NCBI GenBank assembly: GCA_964434575.1
Contig: CAYSWB010000003.1
Span: forward strand, 57,266 to 121,265
Direction: 5' to 3'
DNA from: an uncultured Candidatus Peribacteria bacterium
GTDB taxonomy: Bacteria > Patescibacteriota > Gracilibacteria > Peribacterales > Peribacteraceae
Length of the DNA: 64,000 bases
Notes under the pieces: model-generated
What the model was told of the DNA's origin: nothing
The model's input: the letters and a program-made list of their open reading frames with translations, nothing else
The model's database searches: none
Shown here: piece by piece, positions 62,149 to 64,000 of the stretch
Layout: every line of letters starts with the position of its first letter
Position numbering within the stretch: position 1 is the first letter of the stretch
Position numbers and translations under genes: made by a program

Positions 62149-63702
62149 CTATCTGACTTTGTAGATCTGCAACAACGGGGTGCCGTACCGTTCGATCTCG
62201 TAGACGGGATTGAGTTTCTCGAACCTTTTTCGGTACTCCTTGGAATACCGGCTGAAATACATGACGTATGTCGCATCATCCGTGCAGCCGAAGCGGATGC
62301 CGTCCGGCCAGCGGTACCACGTCACCAGGTAGTCGGCGATGGGAACGCATACGATGTCGCCCGCCTGGACGTTTTGCACGATCCAATCGTGGGCCTGGCG
62401 GTAGCTTGCTCCCCAAAACTCGATCTCGAACGTGTCGTGGATGTCCTTGGGGATGGCCAGGCGAATGGATTCATTCACGTACGATCCCTGGAACGGATGC
62501 ACCCGTACGACCTCGGCGCCAAGCCAGCCGAACACCGCGACCACAAGAACGATGGGCGCATATTTCCAGGAGAGCTTGCGGCCCGCGATATCCATCAACC
62601 ATTCCAATCCCATTCCCGCAAGGATGGCCAGTGCCGGCACGCAGAAGAGGAGCTGCCGGATGCCGTCGTAACGGACCAGTCCCGGCTTGAGCGTGAGGAC
62701 GAGCGGGACCCAAAACCATGCCAGCACCACGACGTAAAACGCCCAGCGTTCGGACCGAAGGGCCCTGCGGAAAGCCAGGACGCTGCCGAGAAGGAACGCC
62801 GCGAAAGCCGGCAACGGCGTGGCCAGGAAGAATTGGAACGGCATGTAGTGCCACGGCAGATCGGCTCCCGGGTACTCCGTGCCGAAGTACAGAACCTTGC
62901 CGGGCCAGAACGATTCGAGCAGGAACACGTGCAAGGAATCGACGATGAGCAGCGGACGGAACCATAGCGTGGGCCACGTGGCGTACATGCCGAGCACGGC
63001 GCCGAACGCGCACAGCGCCAAAAGCGCTCCGTCCCTGCGCAACACTGCCGCCCTGTCCCCTCCTCCGCGCACATCGCGGATGACGGCGGCGCCCAAGATG
63101 ACCGCCAGGATGGGCAGCATCGCGATGGCGCTCAGCTTGGCCGCCAGACACACGCCGTACAGCAAGCCCGCAGCCAGCGCCCAGCGCTTGGAACGCGTGA
63201 CGAGGGTCCTGTGGACGGCGGCGAACATGGGCAGCGACGCCACCAGCACGGGGATGTCCTTCGGGTTGTACTGCGCATGGGCGATGAGATGCGGATACGT
63301 GACGGCGAACAGCGTGGAAAGCCATGCCAGGCGCGCGCCCGCGGCGGCCCGGACGAACGCGAACAGGAAACCTGCCGCGATGGAGGTGACGATGATGCCG
63401 AGCAAGTGATTGGCCGGCGTGAACGGGAATCCGAGAACATGCGACGCGAACTGGGCCGTGCCGTAATTGGCAAGGAAGTATCCAGGGCCGTAGTACATGC
63501 CTTTGCCCGGCATCTCCTGAAGGTAGGTTCCGTCGCCGGTCTGCCAAAAGAGGACGAACTGCTTGGCCCAATTCCTGTGCAGCGGCTCATCCCACGTCGC
63601 GCCGTACGCGTCGATGACGCACAGCTGCGCAACCAGCACCGCCAGCGCGATCAGCGCGGGCGCTATCCACGATTTCCACCGGTGACGGCTGGCTGCATGC
63701 AT
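62149..63702 (-). CDS. GT-C fold glycosyltransferase (ArnT/PMT, family 39-like)
   Basis: About 12 TM spans, with a YGATWDEPLH loop after TM1. Start at MHAASRHRW, with TACCAT (63711-63716) 8 nt upstream. Confidence 0.8.
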   Translation of the reverse strand: MHAASRHRWKSWIAPALIALAVLVAQLCVIDAYGATWDEPLHRNWAKQFVLFWQTGDGTYLQEMPGKGMYYGPGYFLANYGTAQFASHVLGFPFTPANHLLGIIVTSIAAGFLFAFVRAAAGARLAWLSTLFAVTYPHLIAHAQYNPKDIPVLVASLPMFAAVHRTLVTRSKRWALAAGLLYGVCLAAKLSAIAMLPILAVILGAAVIRDVRGGGDRAAVLRRDGALLALCAFGAVLGMYATWPTLWFRPLLIVDSLHVFLLESFWPGKVLYFGTEYPGADLPWHYMPFQFFLATPLPAFAAFLLGSVLAFRRALRSERWAFYVVVLAWFWVPLVLTLKPGLVRYDGIRQLLFCVPALAILAGMGLEWLMDIAGRKLSWKYAPIVLVVAVFGWLGAEVVRVHPFQGSYVNESIRLAIPKDIHDTFEIEFWGASYRQAHDWIVQNVQAGDIVCVPIADYLVTWYRWPDGIRFGCTDDATYVMYFSRYSKEYRKRFEKLNPVYEIERYGTPLLQIYKVR

Positions 63703-63776
63703 CGCAACGCATGGTACCCGCCATACGAAAAACGACAACGGGGTCGCCGTTGCCGTTTCGATCCGGAAAGACGGAA

Positions 63777-64000
63777 TTAGCGGTTCGTGCCCTTCGGGAA
63801 GTTTTCGTTGAAGCGTTCCTGGTTCGGGTTCAGCAGCGGGGTGAGAACGGCGGCCGGGTGCACGGACTGGCGCTGCTCAAGCATCATCTCGCACAGCTCG
63901 CGGTAGCCCGGAAGAACGTCGTAGGGACAGCCGCCGATGCGCAACTGCTTGCGCAACTCGGCCTTCTCGGTGTCGGTGAGATCATCGTAACGAAGGATGA
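63777..64000 (-). CDS. 3' end of an unidentified gene (partial, runs off the window)
   Basis: Open minus-strand frame to the window edge, with GC-rich third positions. It ends ...GGCPYDVLPGYRELCEMMLEQRQSVHPAAVLTPLLNPNQERFNENFPKGTNR-TAA. It is not in the ORF track because no start codon lies in the window. Confidence 0.5.
   Translation of the reverse strand, partial: ILRYDDLTDTEKAELRKQLRIGGCPYDVLPGYRELCEMMLEQRQSVHPAAVLTPLLNPNQERFNENFPKGTNR

Overview
This is a high-GC bacterial chromosomal segment (well above 60% GC by eye) read with the standard code. TGA, TAA and TAG all terminate clearly recognisable genes. I call about 70 protein-coding genes, 4 tRNAs (Gly-GCC, Arg-CCG, Lys-UUU, Gly-UCC), one gene remnant, several intrinsic terminators and a set of sigma70-like promoters. 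I see no rRNA, CRISPR array, transposase or integrase. Recognisable housekeeping genes are rplK, rplA, rpsA, ruvB, a ClpC-type AAA+ chaperone preceded by a CIRCE operator, transketolase, ADP-forming acetyl-CoA synthetase, glutamate dehydrogenase, TatD, Dus, YidD and an ABC-F ATPase. Accessory content includes an ArsR-headed run of SRPBCC/Aha1-like paralogs with VOC and DUF1428 genes. It also includes an SLH-repeat-CHRD surface protein and envelope genes (GT4, GT-C/GT39, CE4 deacetylase, CreD). Scattered conjugation-like parts are present: a T4SS-pilin-like gene, a PrgI-like gene, and a VirB4 N-terminal domain that stops at a small inverted-repeat element. The most unusual items follow. (1) A roughly 1.5 kb low-GC islet holds an SGNH-hydrolase remnant with an in-frame TGA and a 33-Cys secreted protein with a transglutaminase-like Cys-His-Glu core. 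(2) Two tandem small paralogs have kinase-like motifs. (3) A heme-oxygenase-like di-iron-type gene sits next to a 352-aa orphan gene. (4) Across the window, a -10 hexamer sits 6-7 nt before the start codon at about two dozen genes, implying leaderless mRNAs. All product calls rest on motif recognition from memory, with no searches run. Because of the high GC, many long alternative-frame ORFs in the track are treated as spurious. No lineage can be assigned from this window alone.
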